A DNA stretch of 64,000 bases from Microgenomates group bacterium Gr01-1014_7. Lineage in GTDB: Bacteria > Patescibacteriota > Microgenomatia > Daviesbacterales > UBA10151. Position numbers and translations under genes: made by a program. Shown piece by piece: positions 37,384-47,504 of this stretch (the first letter of the stretch is position 1; each line of letters begins with the position of its first letter). Location of the stretch: assembly GCA_007376405.1 (NCBI GenBank), contig VMGD01000002.1, positions 8,159-72,158 on the forward strand. Direction: 5' to 3'. The notes under the pieces are model-generated. The model did not search any database. It worked only from the letters and a program-made list of their open reading frames with translations, and was not told the DNA's origin.

Positions 37384-37866
37384 ATGATTAGCATTATTGT
37401 AGCAGTGGCAGGGAAAAAAAGGGTAATAGGAAAAACAGGCGGGATGCCTTGGTATATTCCGGCAGAGTTAAAGAGATTTAAGGAAATTACCATGGGACAT
37501 CCCATTATTATGGGAAGGAAAACCCATGAATCAATTGGTAAAGCTTTACCCGGAAGAACTAATATTATTATTACGCATGATCAGAGTTACTCTGCAGAGG
37601 GATGTATAGTTGTTCATTCTCTAGAGGAAGCTATAAAACAGGCTCAGGGTGAACTCGGCAGTGAAGAAATTTTTGTCATGGGAGGAGGGCAAATATACGA
37701 ACAAGCAATACCTCTGGTTGACAAACTGTATTTAACTTATCTTGATAAAGAAATAGAAGGGGATGTATTTTTTCCTGATTATTCGGAGTTTAAGAAAAAA
37801 GTTTTTGGATCAGACTGGCAGGAACATGAAGGAATGAGATATAAATTCCTGGAGCTTGAAAGATAG
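37384..37866 (+). CDS. folA: Dihydrofolate reductase
   Basis: MPW, IIMGRKT, LPGRTN, GGGQIY, GDVFFP. Confidence 0.95.
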   Translation: MISIIVAVAGKKRVIGKTGGMPWYIPAELKRFKEITMGHPIIMGRKTHESIGKALPGRTNIIITHDQSYSAEGCIVVHSLEEAIKQAQGELGSEEIFVMGGGQIYEQAIPLVDKLYLTYLDKEIEGDVFFPDYSEFKKKVFGSDWQEHEGMRYKFLELER

Positions 37867-37891
37867 AGAGATTTAACGTACAATCGACCGC

Positions 37892-38755
37892 ATGATTAAA
37901 CTTCCTAGTTTAGAGCAGTTATTAGAGGCAGGTGTTCATTTTGGACACCAGGTTAGACGTGGTCATCCAAGGATGAAGCCATATATTTATGGTGCCCGCG
38001 ATGGTGTGCATATTATTGATCTTACCCAATCTGATAAATTCTTAAAGCAAGCTGTTGAGTTTGTTCAAAGTTTAGGAAAGACGGGAAAAGTCCTACTTTT
38101 TGTTGGAACTAAAAAACAAGCAAGACCAATTATAGAAGAAGCAATTAAAGAGTTAAATGCCCCATACCTTACAGAAAGATGGATTGGCGGATTTTTAACC
38201 AATTTTGAAGAGATTAAGAAAAATATTAAGCTGCTAAAAGATTTTAAAGCTCAAAAGGAAAAGGGAGAGTTATCCAAATATACTAAAAAAGAACAGCTTC
38301 TTTTAGATAGAAAAATGGCTAAGCTGGAGAGAGATTTCAAAGGAGTAATGGAGTTGGAAGCTCTGCCAGATGCAATCTTTGTGGTAGATGCGGTTTCTGA
38401 TAATATAGCAATAAGGGAAGCCAACAGGCTGGGAATTAAAACCGTGGCAATTGCGGATTCAAATTGTAATGTTTCGGAAATAGATTATCCGGTTCCGGGT
38501 AATGATGATGCCATAAAGAGCATTAAGATACTGGTTGGAGCTATAGCTTCTGCCTATGGGGAAGGAAAGAAAGAAGCCCTTCGACAAGCTCAGGGTGAAC
38601 AGGAAAAAGCTGAAAAACTGGCAAAAAAAGAAGAGGTAGATGCATTAAAAAAAGCAGAAGAGGAAGAAATTCCGGAGGAGTTAAAGCAGGAAGTGGCAGT
38701 GGCAGAAGAAATGGTGGAAAAAGCAGCAGTTAAAGATGCCGAAAAGGTGGTGTAG
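37892..38755 (+). CDS. rpsB: 30S ribosomal protein S2
   Basis: LLEAGVHFGH, RWIGGFLTN, PGNDDA. Confidence 0.97.
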   Translation: MIKLPSLEQLLEAGVHFGHQVRRGHPRMKPYIYGARDGVHIIDLTQSDKFLKQAVEFVQSLGKTGKVLLFVGTKKQARPIIEEAIKELNAPYLTERWIGGFLTNFEEIKKNIKLLKDFKAQKEKGELSKYTKKEQLLLDRKMAKLERDFKGVMELEALPDAIFVVDAVSDNIAIREANRLGIKTVAIADSNCNVSEIDYPVPGNDDAIKSIKILVGAIASAYGEGKKEALRQAQGEQEKAEKLAKKEEVDALKKAEEEEIPEELKQEVAVAEEMVEKAAVKDAEKVV

Positions 38756-38756
38756 A

Positions 38757-39206
38757 GTGAGCATAGATGATATTAAAACACTAAGAGAACAGACCGGTGC
38801 CGGAATTGCCGATTGCCACGAGGCCCTTAAGTCTTCGAAGGGTAATATGGAAAAAGCCAAAGTTTGGTTAAAACAAAAAGGATTTGAAAAGGGGGCTCAA
38901 AAAGGGGAGAGAAAGGTAAAAGCCGGAATGGTTGAAGTTTATTCCCATAGTGGAAAAGTGGGGGTCTTGGTTGAAGTTTTGTGTGAGACAGATTTCGTGG
39001 CAAGAACAGATGATTTTAAGTCTTTGGCTCATGAACTGGCTTTGCAGATTGCTTCCATGAATCCTTCATCAGTTGAAGAATTACTGGGACAAGAATATAT
39101 AAGAGACAATTCTATGACGGTTGATCAAATAATAAAAGGAGCTATTGGTAAGCTGGGGGAAAATATTCAGGTAGGAAGATTTGAAAGAATAGCATTAGGA
39201 GATTAA
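38757..39206 (+). CDS. tsf: Elongation factor Ts (short form)
   Basis: LREQTGAG, CETDFVA; follows rpsB. Confidence 0.93.
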   Translation: MSIDDIKTLREQTGAGIADCHEALKSSKGNMEKAKVWLKQKGFEKGAQKGERKVKAGMVEVYSHSGKVGVLVEVLCETDFVARTDDFKSLAHELALQIASMNPSSVEELLGQEYIRDNSMTVDQIIKGAIGKLGENIQVGRFERIALGD

Positions 39207-39760
39207 TGGATCCAGTATTAACTGAACCAAATCAAAAGATTGAAGATGCGCTGCAGCATCTTAAAATGGAACTGGCCGGGATCAGAGCCGGCAGGGCCAA
39301 TCCTTCTTTAATTGAAAATATTCCTGTTGAGGCTTATGGATCCAGAATGAAAATGGTGGAAGTGGGCAATATTTCCGCGCCCCAAGCTACTCTTTTAACA
39401 ATTCAGGTCTGGGATGCATCTATTTTGCAAAATGTGATCAAAGCCATCCAGGAGGCAAATTTAGGACTTAATCCTTCAAATGAAGGGAATTTGATCCGTT
39501 TGTCAATTCCGCCCCTGACATCTGAACGTAGAGAAGAGTTTATAAAACTTTTACATCAAAAAATGGAGGAAACAAGGGTGGTAGTTAGACAAATTAGGCA
39601 GGACTTTAGAAATGCCTGGAAAAGCGCACAGGATAGTGGAGAATTTGGGGAAGATGAGTTTTTCAGAAGAGAAAAAATGCTGCAGGAGCTGGTGGATAAG
39701 AAGATAGCTGAGATAGATAATTTAGGTAAGGCTAAAGAAGAAGAACTAAAAGAAATTTAA
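39206..39760 (+). CDS. frr: Ribosome recycling factor
   Basis: IRAGRANP, PPLTSERR. Confidence 0.95.
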   Translation: MDPVLTEPNQKIEDALQHLKMELAGIRAGRANPSLIENIPVEAYGSRMKMVEVGNISAPQATLLTIQVWDASILQNVIKAIQEANLGLNPSNEGNLIRLSIPPLTSERREEFIKLLHQKMEETRVVVRQIRQDFRNAWKSAQDSGEFGEDEFFRREKMLQELVDKKIAEIDNLGKAKEEELKEI

Positions 39761-40848
39761 TGTTTTTTTCAATTCTAATTTTTATTTTTACACTACTTGT
39801 TTTAGTTATCATCCATGAACTGGGGCACTTTCTCGTGGCCAAAAGATTTGGAATAAAAGTTTTAGAATTCGGATTTGGAATTCCTCCAAGGGTCTGGGGT
39901 AAAAAAATAGGGGAAACACTATATTCGCTAAATCTCTTGCCTATTGGTGGATTTGTCAGGTTATTGGGAGAAGATGAAGTAGATAAGAATGTTTTAAAAG
40001 ATAAGAATTCTTTTGCTGCCGCAGCAGTTCACAAAAGAATTTTAGTGGTTATTGCAGGTGTGGTAATGAATTTACTACTTGCGTGGGTCATTTTTTATAC
40101 TGTAATTATTTACCAAAATTTCAGAGTGATTTATCCCACAATTGAGCCGGCTGTTTTTGTTGGACTGGTCCAAAAGGATTTTCCCGCAGAGATAGCAGGA
40201 ATAAAAGTAGGCGATAGAATTTTAAAGGTAGATGAAAAAGAGATTAAAAAATTTGATGATGCCAGAAATTTTATTAAAGAAAAAAACGGGCAACAGGTAA
40301 GCTTAACTCTGACGGATATTGACGATAAAACAGAAAGAAAGATAACAGTTACCCCCAAAAAAGTTGATGACGGTAACTTCCTGATAGGCGTCGGATTTTC
40401 TCCTTTAGCCATTAAACAGTATACAACCCTTGGTGAGAAAATTTTTTCCGGGATAACCTATTCCTGGGATTTGACCAAAGTTACTTTTGCAGGCTTGGGA
40501 AAATTGGGAGCTGATTTGGGCTCCGGAAATCTAAAAAGAGCTTCGGAATCTGTTAGCGGACCGGTTGGTCTTGCAGGAATTAGCAATAATATTTTAAGTG
40601 AAGGCCCGGGGGCTTTTTCATTTTATCTTTGGTTTGTTGGAGTAATATCCTTAACTTTAACTATTTTTAATGTTTTACCAATTCCTGCTTTGGATGGAGG
40701 AAGGTTACTGTTTTTAGTGATTGAGGCAGTAAGCAGAAAAAAGGTAAGAGAGGATATTGAAAGGATGGTTCACCAAATAGGCTTTGCAGTTTTACTGGCT
40801 TTAGCATTTTTAATTACATATTCCGACATCCGCAAAATCTTTTCATAA
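39760..40848 (+). CDS. rseP: RIP metalloprotease RseP (PDZ)
   Basis: HELGH, FGFG, PDZ segment, NVLPIPALDGG. Confidence 0.92.
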   Translation: MFFSILIFIFTLLVLVIIHELGHFLVAKRFGIKVLEFGFGIPPRVWGKKIGETLYSLNLLPIGGFVRLLGEDEVDKNVLKDKNSFAAAAVHKRILVVIAGVVMNLLLAWVIFYTVIIYQNFRVIYPTIEPAVFVGLVQKDFPAEIAGIKVGDRILKVDEKEIKKFDDARNFIKEKNGQQVSLTLTDIDDKTERKITVTPKKVDDGNFLIGVGFSPLAIKQYTTLGEKIFSGITYSWDLTKVTFAGLGKLGADLGSGNLKRASESVSGPVGLAGISNNILSEGPGAFSFYLWFVGVISLTLTIFNVLPIPALDGGRLLFLVIEAVSRKKVREDIERMVHQIGFAVLLALAFLITYSDIRKIFS

Positions 40849-40897
40849 GTTAATGTAATCTTGCAAAAGTAATGTAATATGGTATAATTAATGTAAT

Positions 40898-41143
40898 ATG
40901 ACATATTTAGTTTCTGTGACATCACAAGGGCAAATCAGTATTCCGGCCAGATTCCGAAGAGAATTAGGCTTGGAAAAAACTAAAAAAGTTGTTGTTTCAA
41001 AGGAAGGTAACAAATTAAGCATAGAGGCAGCTGATGATTTATTGTCTTTGGGTGGTATATTTAAAACAAATAAGAAAATTCCATTTAAGAAGATACGCCA
41101 AGGTTTTGAAGAATATTTAGCTAAAGAGGCTACTGGTGTCTAA
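40898..41143 (+). CDS. AbrB/MazE-family antitoxin
   Basis: VTSQGQISIPARFRRELG; TAATGTAAT x3 over its promoter. Confidence 0.88.
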   Translation: MTYLVSVTSQGQISIPARFRRELGLEKTKKVVVSKEGNKLSIEAADDLLSLGGIFKTNKKIPFKKIRQGFEEYLAKEATGV

Positions 41144-41540
41144 AATGAAAGTATTAGTTTTAGACACTAATACTTTACTACGCTTCTTATTAGATGATGT
41201 TCTCTCTCAGACTAAAGAAATCAGAAAGAAAATAGAACTGGCAAAGTTAGGTAAAATAAAATTAGTTGTACCCCAGATTGTCGTATTTGAGATTGTTTAC
41301 GCTCTCACAAAAGAGTATGGTTTTAAGATTGAAGAGGTGATAGGAGTTTTAAGAAGACTATTAATTAACAAAGATTTACAGATTCAGGATGAGGATATAT
41401 TTGAACAGACCTTAAGAATTTTTTCCAAGAAATTGAGTTTAGCTGACTGTTTTATCTATTTCTTTGCCAAGAAAAATAACGCAGAACTTTTTACCTTTGA
41501 TAAAAATTTGCAAAAAGCTTTTAGAGCTACTAGCCTCTAA
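41136..41540 (+). CDS. PIN-domain (VapC-like) toxin
   Basis: VLDTNTLLRFL...E...LADC...TFDK. Confidence 0.88.
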   Translation: MSKMKVLVLDTNTLLRFLLDDVLSQTKEIRKKIELAKLGKIKLVVPQIVVFEIVYALTKEYGFKIEEVIGVLRRLLINKDLQIQDEDIFEQTLRIFSKKLSLADCFIYFFAKKNNAELFTFDKNLQKAFRATSL

Positions 41541-41565
41541 TACCTCTGTGTAGTATGATGGAAAC

Positions 41566-43281
41566 ATGAAATATTCAAGACTGTTTGGGAAAACTATTAA
41601 AGATACGCCAAAAGATGCCAGTTTAATTTCCCATAAACTGCTTTATAAGGCAGGATATATTAGAGAATCTACAGCCGGCAGGTATTATCTTTTGCCTTTA
41701 GGCTTGCGGGTCCAGCAAAAAATCCAGGCAATTATTAAGCAGGAATTGGATAAGGCCGGAGCCCAGGAAATAATTACCCCAATACTTCACCCCAAAGCTC
41801 TATGGGAAGAAACAAACAGGACCAGCTCGGTAGGTTTTGAGCTAATGACTATTAAAGATAGAAACGAAATGGAGTTTGTTTTAGGTGGTACGGCAGAAGA
41901 GATGATAGTAGATTTAGTTCGAAAATTTCAGCTAAGTTATAAAAATTTACCCTTTCACATTTATCAATTCTCAACCAAATTCAGAGATGAACTGCGCGCC
42001 CGGGGCGGGTTATTGCGACTGCGTGAGTTTTTAATGAAAGACGGCTATTCTTTCCACGACTCAGAGGAGGATTTTAAAAGGGAATATCAAAACATGATGG
42101 ATACTTACACCAAAATATTTGAAAGGGTGGGATTAACCCCCCAAATTGTAGAGGCAGACAATGGGTATATTGGCGGGGAATACTCTCATGAATTTGTGGT
42201 GGAATCGGATGCCGGAGAGAGTAGGTACTTTACCGATGGAGAATACTTTGCGCATGAGGATATAGCCAGCTTTACCCTGGATAACGCGAGCAGTGATGAA
42301 GAGATGAAGGGAGTGGAGGATGTTGAGGGTAAAGGCATTATCGGAGTTGAGGGACTTGCAGAGTATCTTAAGATTCCTGTTGAAAAAACAACAAAGACAA
42401 TTTTATTTGAAACAGATACGGGCAGAATAATTGCCGCGGCTGTCAGAGGCGGATTTGATATTAATGAGGAAAAACTTGTAAAAATTGTAGGTTGTAGATT
42501 ATTAAAACTTGCTTCAGCAGAGGTAGTTAAGAAAATAACTGGTGCAAAAGTTGGATATGCGGGAGTATTGAACTTGCCCAAAGAAGTAAAGATATATTTT
42601 GATGAGTCTTGCGCTAACAGGCGGAATTTTGAAACAGGGGCAAACAGGACAAATTTTCATACTATTAATGTTAATTTTGGACGCGATCTGCCCCAGCCCG
42701 AACAGTTTTATGATTTCAAAATTGCTAAAGAAGGATTTATCGGTCCAAACGGCCAAAAACTGGTTGCTAAAAAGGGAATTGAAGTAGGTAATATTTTCCA
42801 GCTGGGTTTTCATTATTCTTCAAAAATGAAAGGGGCGCAGTTTATAGATGCTGACGGAAAAAAGAAACCTTATTATATGGGCTGTTATGGAATTGGTCTT
42901 GCCAGAACTTTGGCAGCTATAGTTGAGGTCAGTAATGATGATAAGGGGATAATTTGGCCGGAGGCTGTTGCACCTTTCATGGTTCATATAGTAGGTCTTG
43001 ATATGGATGATTCTTCAGTGAAGAATGAAGCGGAAAGAGTATACAAGCTTTTACAGGCAGAAGGAATAGAAGTTTTATTTGATGATAGAAGCGGGGTTTC
43101 TGCAGGAGAAAAATTTGCCGACGCCGATTTAATTGGCATTCCATACAGGGTGGTTATTTCTAAAAAAACCCATTCGACAAGCTCAGGGCAAGCAAAAGAT
43201 AAATTAGAAGTTAAAAAAAGAAATGAAAAAGAAACTAAGTTTTTAACTTTTGAAGAACTACTAAAAATAATTCAAAGTTAG
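41566..43281 (+). CDS. proS: Proline--tRNA ligase
   Basis: FRDELRARGGLLRLREFLMKDGYSF, editing insertion, MGCYGIG. Confidence 0.96.
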   Translation: MKYSRLFGKTIKDTPKDASLISHKLLYKAGYIRESTAGRYYLLPLGLRVQQKIQAIIKQELDKAGAQEIITPILHPKALWEETNRTSSVGFELMTIKDRNEMEFVLGGTAEEMIVDLVRKFQLSYKNLPFHIYQFSTKFRDELRARGGLLRLREFLMKDGYSFHDSEEDFKREYQNMMDTYTKIFERVGLTPQIVEADNGYIGGEYSHEFVVESDAGESRYFTDGEYFAHEDIASFTLDNASSDEEMKGVEDVEGKGIIGVEGLAEYLKIPVEKTTKTILFETDTGRIIAAAVRGGFDINEEKLVKIVGCRLLKLASAEVVKKITGAKVGYAGVLNLPKEVKIYFDESCANRRNFETGANRTNFHTINVNFGRDLPQPEQFYDFKIAKEGFIGPNGQKLVAKKGIEVGNIFQLGFHYSSKMKGAQFIDADGKKKPYYMGCYGIGLARTLAAIVEVSNDDKGIIWPEAVAPFMVHIVGLDMDDSSVKNEAERVYKLLQAEGIEVLFDDRSGVSAGEKFADADLIGIPYRVVISKKTHSTSSGQAKDKLEVKKRNEKETKFLTFEELLKIIQS

Positions 43282-43724
43282 GGAGCTACAGCTGATAAGG
43301 GTCTACAGATTGGGTAAAGTCCATCTACATAAGGGACATTTTTTATATGGCTACGCTGATACCAGACTTTAAGTTCCACACCTTCGAGTCTTTCTTGCGA
43401 TTTGGTATATGCATGTACCCGTAATGTTCTTTCCGGATCTGGAGTAATTGGTTGATTTCCGGCAGAAAGGACTAACCTTAAGGATCGTCTTTGGCGGGTT
43501 CCAATCCATGCATATTTAAAATCCTTTAAATCCACTGTATCAACTATAACTATGCTCGGTGAGGCTTCAAGGTCAATCCAAAAATGTCCCAATAAACCAT
43601 GATGTCTTGTGTACTCTCTTACTTGTTTACTTGTGGGTACTAATAAATGTGCCTTATTAATAGCACCTTCTCCATATTGAGAATTATAGGCAGCAACCAG
43701 TCCTGCTCTTGCCTCTGTTATCAT
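43278..43724 (-). CDS. Hypothetical protein
   Basis: Open frame with an upstream TTGACA; no motif. Confidence 0.45.
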   Translation of the reverse strand: MITEARAGLVAAYNSQYGEGAINKAHLLVPTSKQVREYTRHHGLLGHFWIDLEASPSIVIVDTVDLKDFKYAWIGTRQRRSLRLVLSAGNQPITPDPERTLRVHAYTKSQERLEGVELKVWYQRSHIKNVPYVDGLYPICRPLSAVAP

Positions 43725-43818
43725 ATAAGAACGAATAATAGTGATTATAGGTTGTTTTGTCAAATCTAATCTTAAATGAAACTTGACAAGGTGTATAAAA
43801 AGTGTATACTTAGTATAT

Positions 43819-44130
43819 ATGAACACTGCTGTAATAAATATTAAAATTGAACCGAAGATTAAAAGGCAGGCCCAGACTGCGGCGGAGGAAATGGGTATTA
43901 GTTTAAGTTCCCTGATTAACGGGTTTTTAAAACAGATTATTAAAACAAAAACTTTTACTTTTAGAGCCGCGGAAGAGCCTTCGGAGTATTTTATTCAGTC
44001 AATGAAAGAGGTTGAAGAAGAAATCAAAAATGGCTGGGTTTCTCCTACTTTTGATAACTCCGAGGATGCCATAGCCTGGTTGCATGATCCAAAGGCTAAG
44101 TATGCAAATCAACTTCGCAAAAAAGTTTAA
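43819..44130 (+). CDS. RelB/DinJ-family antitoxin
   Basis: INIKIEPKIK...AEEMGISLSSLINGFLKQ. Confidence 0.85.
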   Translation: MNTAVINIKIEPKIKRQAQTAAEEMGISLSSLINGFLKQIIKTKTFTFRAAEEPSEYFIQSMKEVEEEIKNGWVSPTFDNSEDAIAWLHDPKAKYANQLRKKV

Positions 44131-44374
44131 AAAACGCTACGATAAGGCCGATGTTAAGATAAGAACAGCATTTGACAAGAGATTTGCAATTTTTCTACAA
44201 GACCCGTTTTATTCTCTGCTTAATAATCATGCATTAACAGGCAAATATGCCGGATCACGCAGCATTGATGTGACAGGTGACTGGAGAGCTATTTTTTCGG
44301 AACATATGGATGAAAAAGATAACAAAGTGATTATTTTTGAACTTCTGGGGACCCACAGCGAGTTGTACAAATAA
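44102..44374 (+). CDS. YafQ/RelE-family mRNA interferase
   Basis: NHALTGKY...SIDVTGDWRAIF...GTHSELY. Confidence 0.9.
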   Translation: MQINFAKKFKKRYDKADVKIRTAFDKRFAIFLQDPFYSLLNNHALTGKYAGSRSIDVTGDWRAIFSEHMDEKDNKVIIFELLGTHSELYK

Positions 44375-44409
44375 GAGCTATAAAAACCCTGGGAGGGTAA
44401 TGAGTAAAT

Positions 44410-46083
44410 TTACCTTTGTGAACGTTCTAAATATCTATTAGCAATATCATCAGTAACTTGTAAAAGGTTTACTCTTTCAGGATGAGCATCCATCTCATCA
44501 AGAATAGCCATTATATCCTCTTTTACTTCGTCTATAATTAGTCTGTTTAATTTATCAGGATCATATTTTAAGAAGTTACCTTGTATTCCACAACCAGTAA
44601 AACGTATAACCTGTAGGATTAAAAATGGAATAGCAGAATCTGGAACCGTTTCATACACAGGTTTTTTGCCAAGTGCTGATAGAGTTTGAAATAACTTCTC
44701 TTTTGTCCACCTGGCAAGATATCTTCTAACATCATCACTTCCTATATCAGGTATATCAGCAGCTGATCTTGTTTCAGAAAAGAAATTTGGTGTTGGTCTG
44801 GAGGGTTGGTAAATTCTGGGTTGAGGTTCTGGAGTGGAAGACGGTCTTGTGGAGATTTGTCCAGGTTGACTTTGAATTGTACCACTGACTCTATCGGTTG
44901 TAGAAGCTACTTTTAGTTCCTTGATTTGGTTTTCTAATGCTTGAACCATTTTAGCCAGCACATCTCTTTCTGAAGCAACCTGATCCAGTTGTATTTTTAA
45001 ATTATCTCTTTCATCTTCTGCTCCTTGAGCTCTGGCAATAGCTTCAGCCAGTTGAACTGTCAAACTATTCACTTCAAGCCTTGCAGGTTTTCTTATATTC
45101 CTTCTGCCGTATACCAGTTCCACTTCTTCAGTTCTCCACGTACCTGATTCAAAAATAGCTCTGATTTCATCTGGAGTTTGTACGCCTCTTCTTACAACTA
45201 CAGATACAAGCTGTTTTGTGTCATCAACGGTTAAACTCTCTTTCAAGATAGCTTCTGCTAAAGTATTTTGTAGATCATATCTATGACAAAGAGTAGGGGG
45301 TCTGGATATATTAGCTAAATGTTCGCCTGTTAAAGCTGTCAAGTGGTTTCCGCTTTTTCTTTCTCTAACGCTTTTTACCAATTCAGGATCGGCAACATCT
45401 GCTATCTTAAGCATAACATAGGCGATATTTGCACCAATGCTACATCCAGAGCAGCTCTGATCAACCCAGTCTCTAACTTCTAGAACTTGAGTAGGTGTAA
45501 GGTGTAAATTTTTGCCTGTTGAGCGTTTGGAATATCTAAGTATAAAAGCTTGTGTAACTGTCATGCCTAAGTCGATCCAAGGAGTTAATTCCCAGCTATC
45601 ATGCAAGTACTGAACCATTCTGGGAAATCTGACAGAAGGATGATCTTTTGTGGCTGAAATTCGGTACTTAACTATTTCTTGGCGCGTGCAATCGGGTTTT
45701 ATTGCCGCATAAGCAAATTGCTCATTCTTCCCTCTTAATATTTCCAGTCTATGAAGTCCATCTGTAGGATCAAGCAGCGGGTGACCTCGCACTTCGCCTA
45801 ATGTAATTTCAGATGCTTGGCCTGTTGTATATGTATTCGGGTTTGCCTGTCTTGTTTCGTCTTTTGCCTCATCAAATAGATTGGAAAGAGAATCAATGTG
45901 ATTATGATCCACTGGCAGTTTGGGATCGTCAATCAAATCTAAAGGGACATATCCATCATAAAATGGAAGTCGGGCATGAACCAATAAAATTCGTCTATCA
46001 TTAAGAATGGAATCAGAAGGAAAAGTTGGGCGAGGATCTAATGTAGCAATAGAAGTATAGAAATCTAATTCAGCAATTGCCAT
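44410..46083 (-). CDS. Hypothetical protein with N-terminal ParB/Srx-like domain and coiled coil
   Basis: VPLDLI...HIDSL...DGLHRL pattern; heptad-rich central segment. Confidence 0.55.
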   Translation of the reverse strand: MAIAELDFYTSIATLDPRPTFPSDSILNDRRILLVHARLPFYDGYVPLDLIDDPKLPVDHNHIDSLSNLFDEAKDETRQANPNTYTTGQASEITLGEVRGHPLLDPTDGLHRLEILRGKNEQFAYAAIKPDCTRQEIVKYRISATKDHPSVRFPRMVQYLHDSWELTPWIDLGMTVTQAFILRYSKRSTGKNLHLTPTQVLEVRDWVDQSCSGCSIGANIAYVMLKIADVADPELVKSVRERKSGNHLTALTGEHLANISRPPTLCHRYDLQNTLAEAILKESLTVDDTKQLVSVVVRRGVQTPDEIRAIFESGTWRTEEVELVYGRRNIRKPARLEVNSLTVQLAEAIARAQGAEDERDNLKIQLDQVASERDVLAKMVQALENQIKELKVASTTDRVSGTIQSQPGQISTRPSSTPEPQPRIYQPSRPTPNFFSETRSAADIPDIGSDDVRRYLARWTKEKLFQTLSALGKKPVYETVPDSAIPFLILQVIRFTGCGIQGNFLKYDPDKLNRLIIDEVKEDIMAILDEMDAHPERVNLLQVTDDIANRYLERSQR

Positions 46084-46128
46084 TAATTAGATTATATATT
46101 GAATTGTCAAATATTGTAGAATAATGCT

Positions 46129-46386
46129 ATGTCTGTAGAATCTGTAGCAATTGATAGATTTCCAATGCCCGGTGAACCCTCAAGTGCTTATAGGGGGTGG
46201 ACTTTGGCAAGGCCTGAATTTGACTCCAGCAAAAGCGGATTAGAGCGAATAAGAAATAACCAAGCAGGAGCATTGAAGGAGTTGCGGAAACTAACGCTGA
46301 ATGACATTGGAAAGGATGTAGAACCCGCATATCCTGTGGGAAAGTCATACCATCAGGTAAAATTAGATTATCATCATTTTAATTAA
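46129..46386 (+). CDS. Hypothetical protein
   Basis: Short ORF divergent from the ParB-like gene; no motif. Confidence 0.4.
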   Translation: MSVESVAIDRFPMPGEPSSAYRGWTLARPEFDSSKSGLERIRNNQAGALKELRKLTLNDIGKDVEPAYPVGKSYHQVKLDYHHFN

Positions 46387-46445
46387 TTTTTTTCGCATCC
46401 GATCCATTGATTTCCCAAGGGTTTTCTGGTACATTACTTGGAAAT

Positions 46446-47504
46446 ATGATTAGCAAAAATATTATAAAACAACCAAAATCTATAGTGGAAGTGAGTGTAA
46501 CTGTTCCATGGAGTGATTTGCAGCCTAGTTGGGATCAGACTTTGCAAAAACTCTCTGCAGATGTGGAATTGCCCGGATTTAGAAAAGGTCAAGCCCCCAT
46601 TCCCATGGTGGAGCAGAACCTGGGGATGAAACTTCAGGATGAAGTTTTGAAAACTGCCATGCCTAATTTTTTAATTGAAGTGCTAAAAGGCACAGATATT
46701 ATCCCGATAGATTACCCAAAATATGATTTAATTTCTTTTGTAAAGGGTCAACAGATTCAATTTAAAGCGACCATCACCAACAGGCCGGCTGTCTCGGTGG
46801 GAAATTATAAAACTATTAAAACCGCCAGACCTGCCATAAAGCCTGTGACCGAAGAAGAAATAAATAAAGTAATTGATGATCTTTATAAAAGATGGAAGGT
46901 TAGACAGCCCCAGCCAGAGGCTGGTCGGCCTTTGGCCGGAGCAGGGTCTATCAGTTTCCAACCCACTAATGGTCAGGCCGGTGGACCTGATGACAGCTTT
47001 GCCAGAGCTATGGGTGCAACCGGGCTTGCTGATTTAAGAGAAAAAGTAAGAAAAGATTTGGAAGCTAATGTTAAGTATAATAATGAGCTAGACTTCGAGG
47101 AAGCAATTTTGCAGGAAGTGGAAAAAATTACCACGGTTGAACTCCCGGATATTTTAATTCAGGATGAGTTAAATAGGATGCTGGTATCCCTTCAGAGGCG
47201 GGTTGCTGACATGGGACTACTTTTAGAAGATTATCTAAGAGGCCAGGGGAAAACTTTGGAACAGCTCAAAAATGAATGGACCCCGCAAGCTGAAAGAAAT
47301 GTCCGGATGGAACTGGGGTTGGCGGAAATTGCCAGACAGGAAAATGTGGTAATCTCCGATAGTGAACTGCAATCCGAAGTGGACAAAATCCAGGACTCAC
47401 GAGTTAAAAAACAATTTGAAGCGCAAGAACCAAGACTGCATTTACGGCATGCATTGAGACAGACAAGAACATTAGACCTTCTAAAAAAGATGGTTGGGGG
47501 TTAA
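46446..47504 (+). CDS. tig: Trigger factor (lacking most of the PPIase domain)
   Basis: LPGFRKGQAP ribosome-binding motif; C-terminal domain present. Confidence 0.9.
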   Translation: MISKNIIKQPKSIVEVSVTVPWSDLQPSWDQTLQKLSADVELPGFRKGQAPIPMVEQNLGMKLQDEVLKTAMPNFLIEVLKGTDIIPIDYPKYDLISFVKGQQIQFKATITNRPAVSVGNYKTIKTARPAIKPVTEEEINKVIDDLYKRWKVRQPQPEAGRPLAGAGSISFQPTNGQAGGPDDSFARAMGATGLADLREKVRKDLEANVKYNNELDFEEAILQEVEKITTVELPDILIQDELNRMLVSLQRRVADMGLLLEDYLRGQGKTLEQLKNEWTPQAERNVRMELGLAEIARQENVVISDSELQSEVDKIQDSRVKKQFEAQEPRLHLRHALRQTRTLDLLKKMVGG

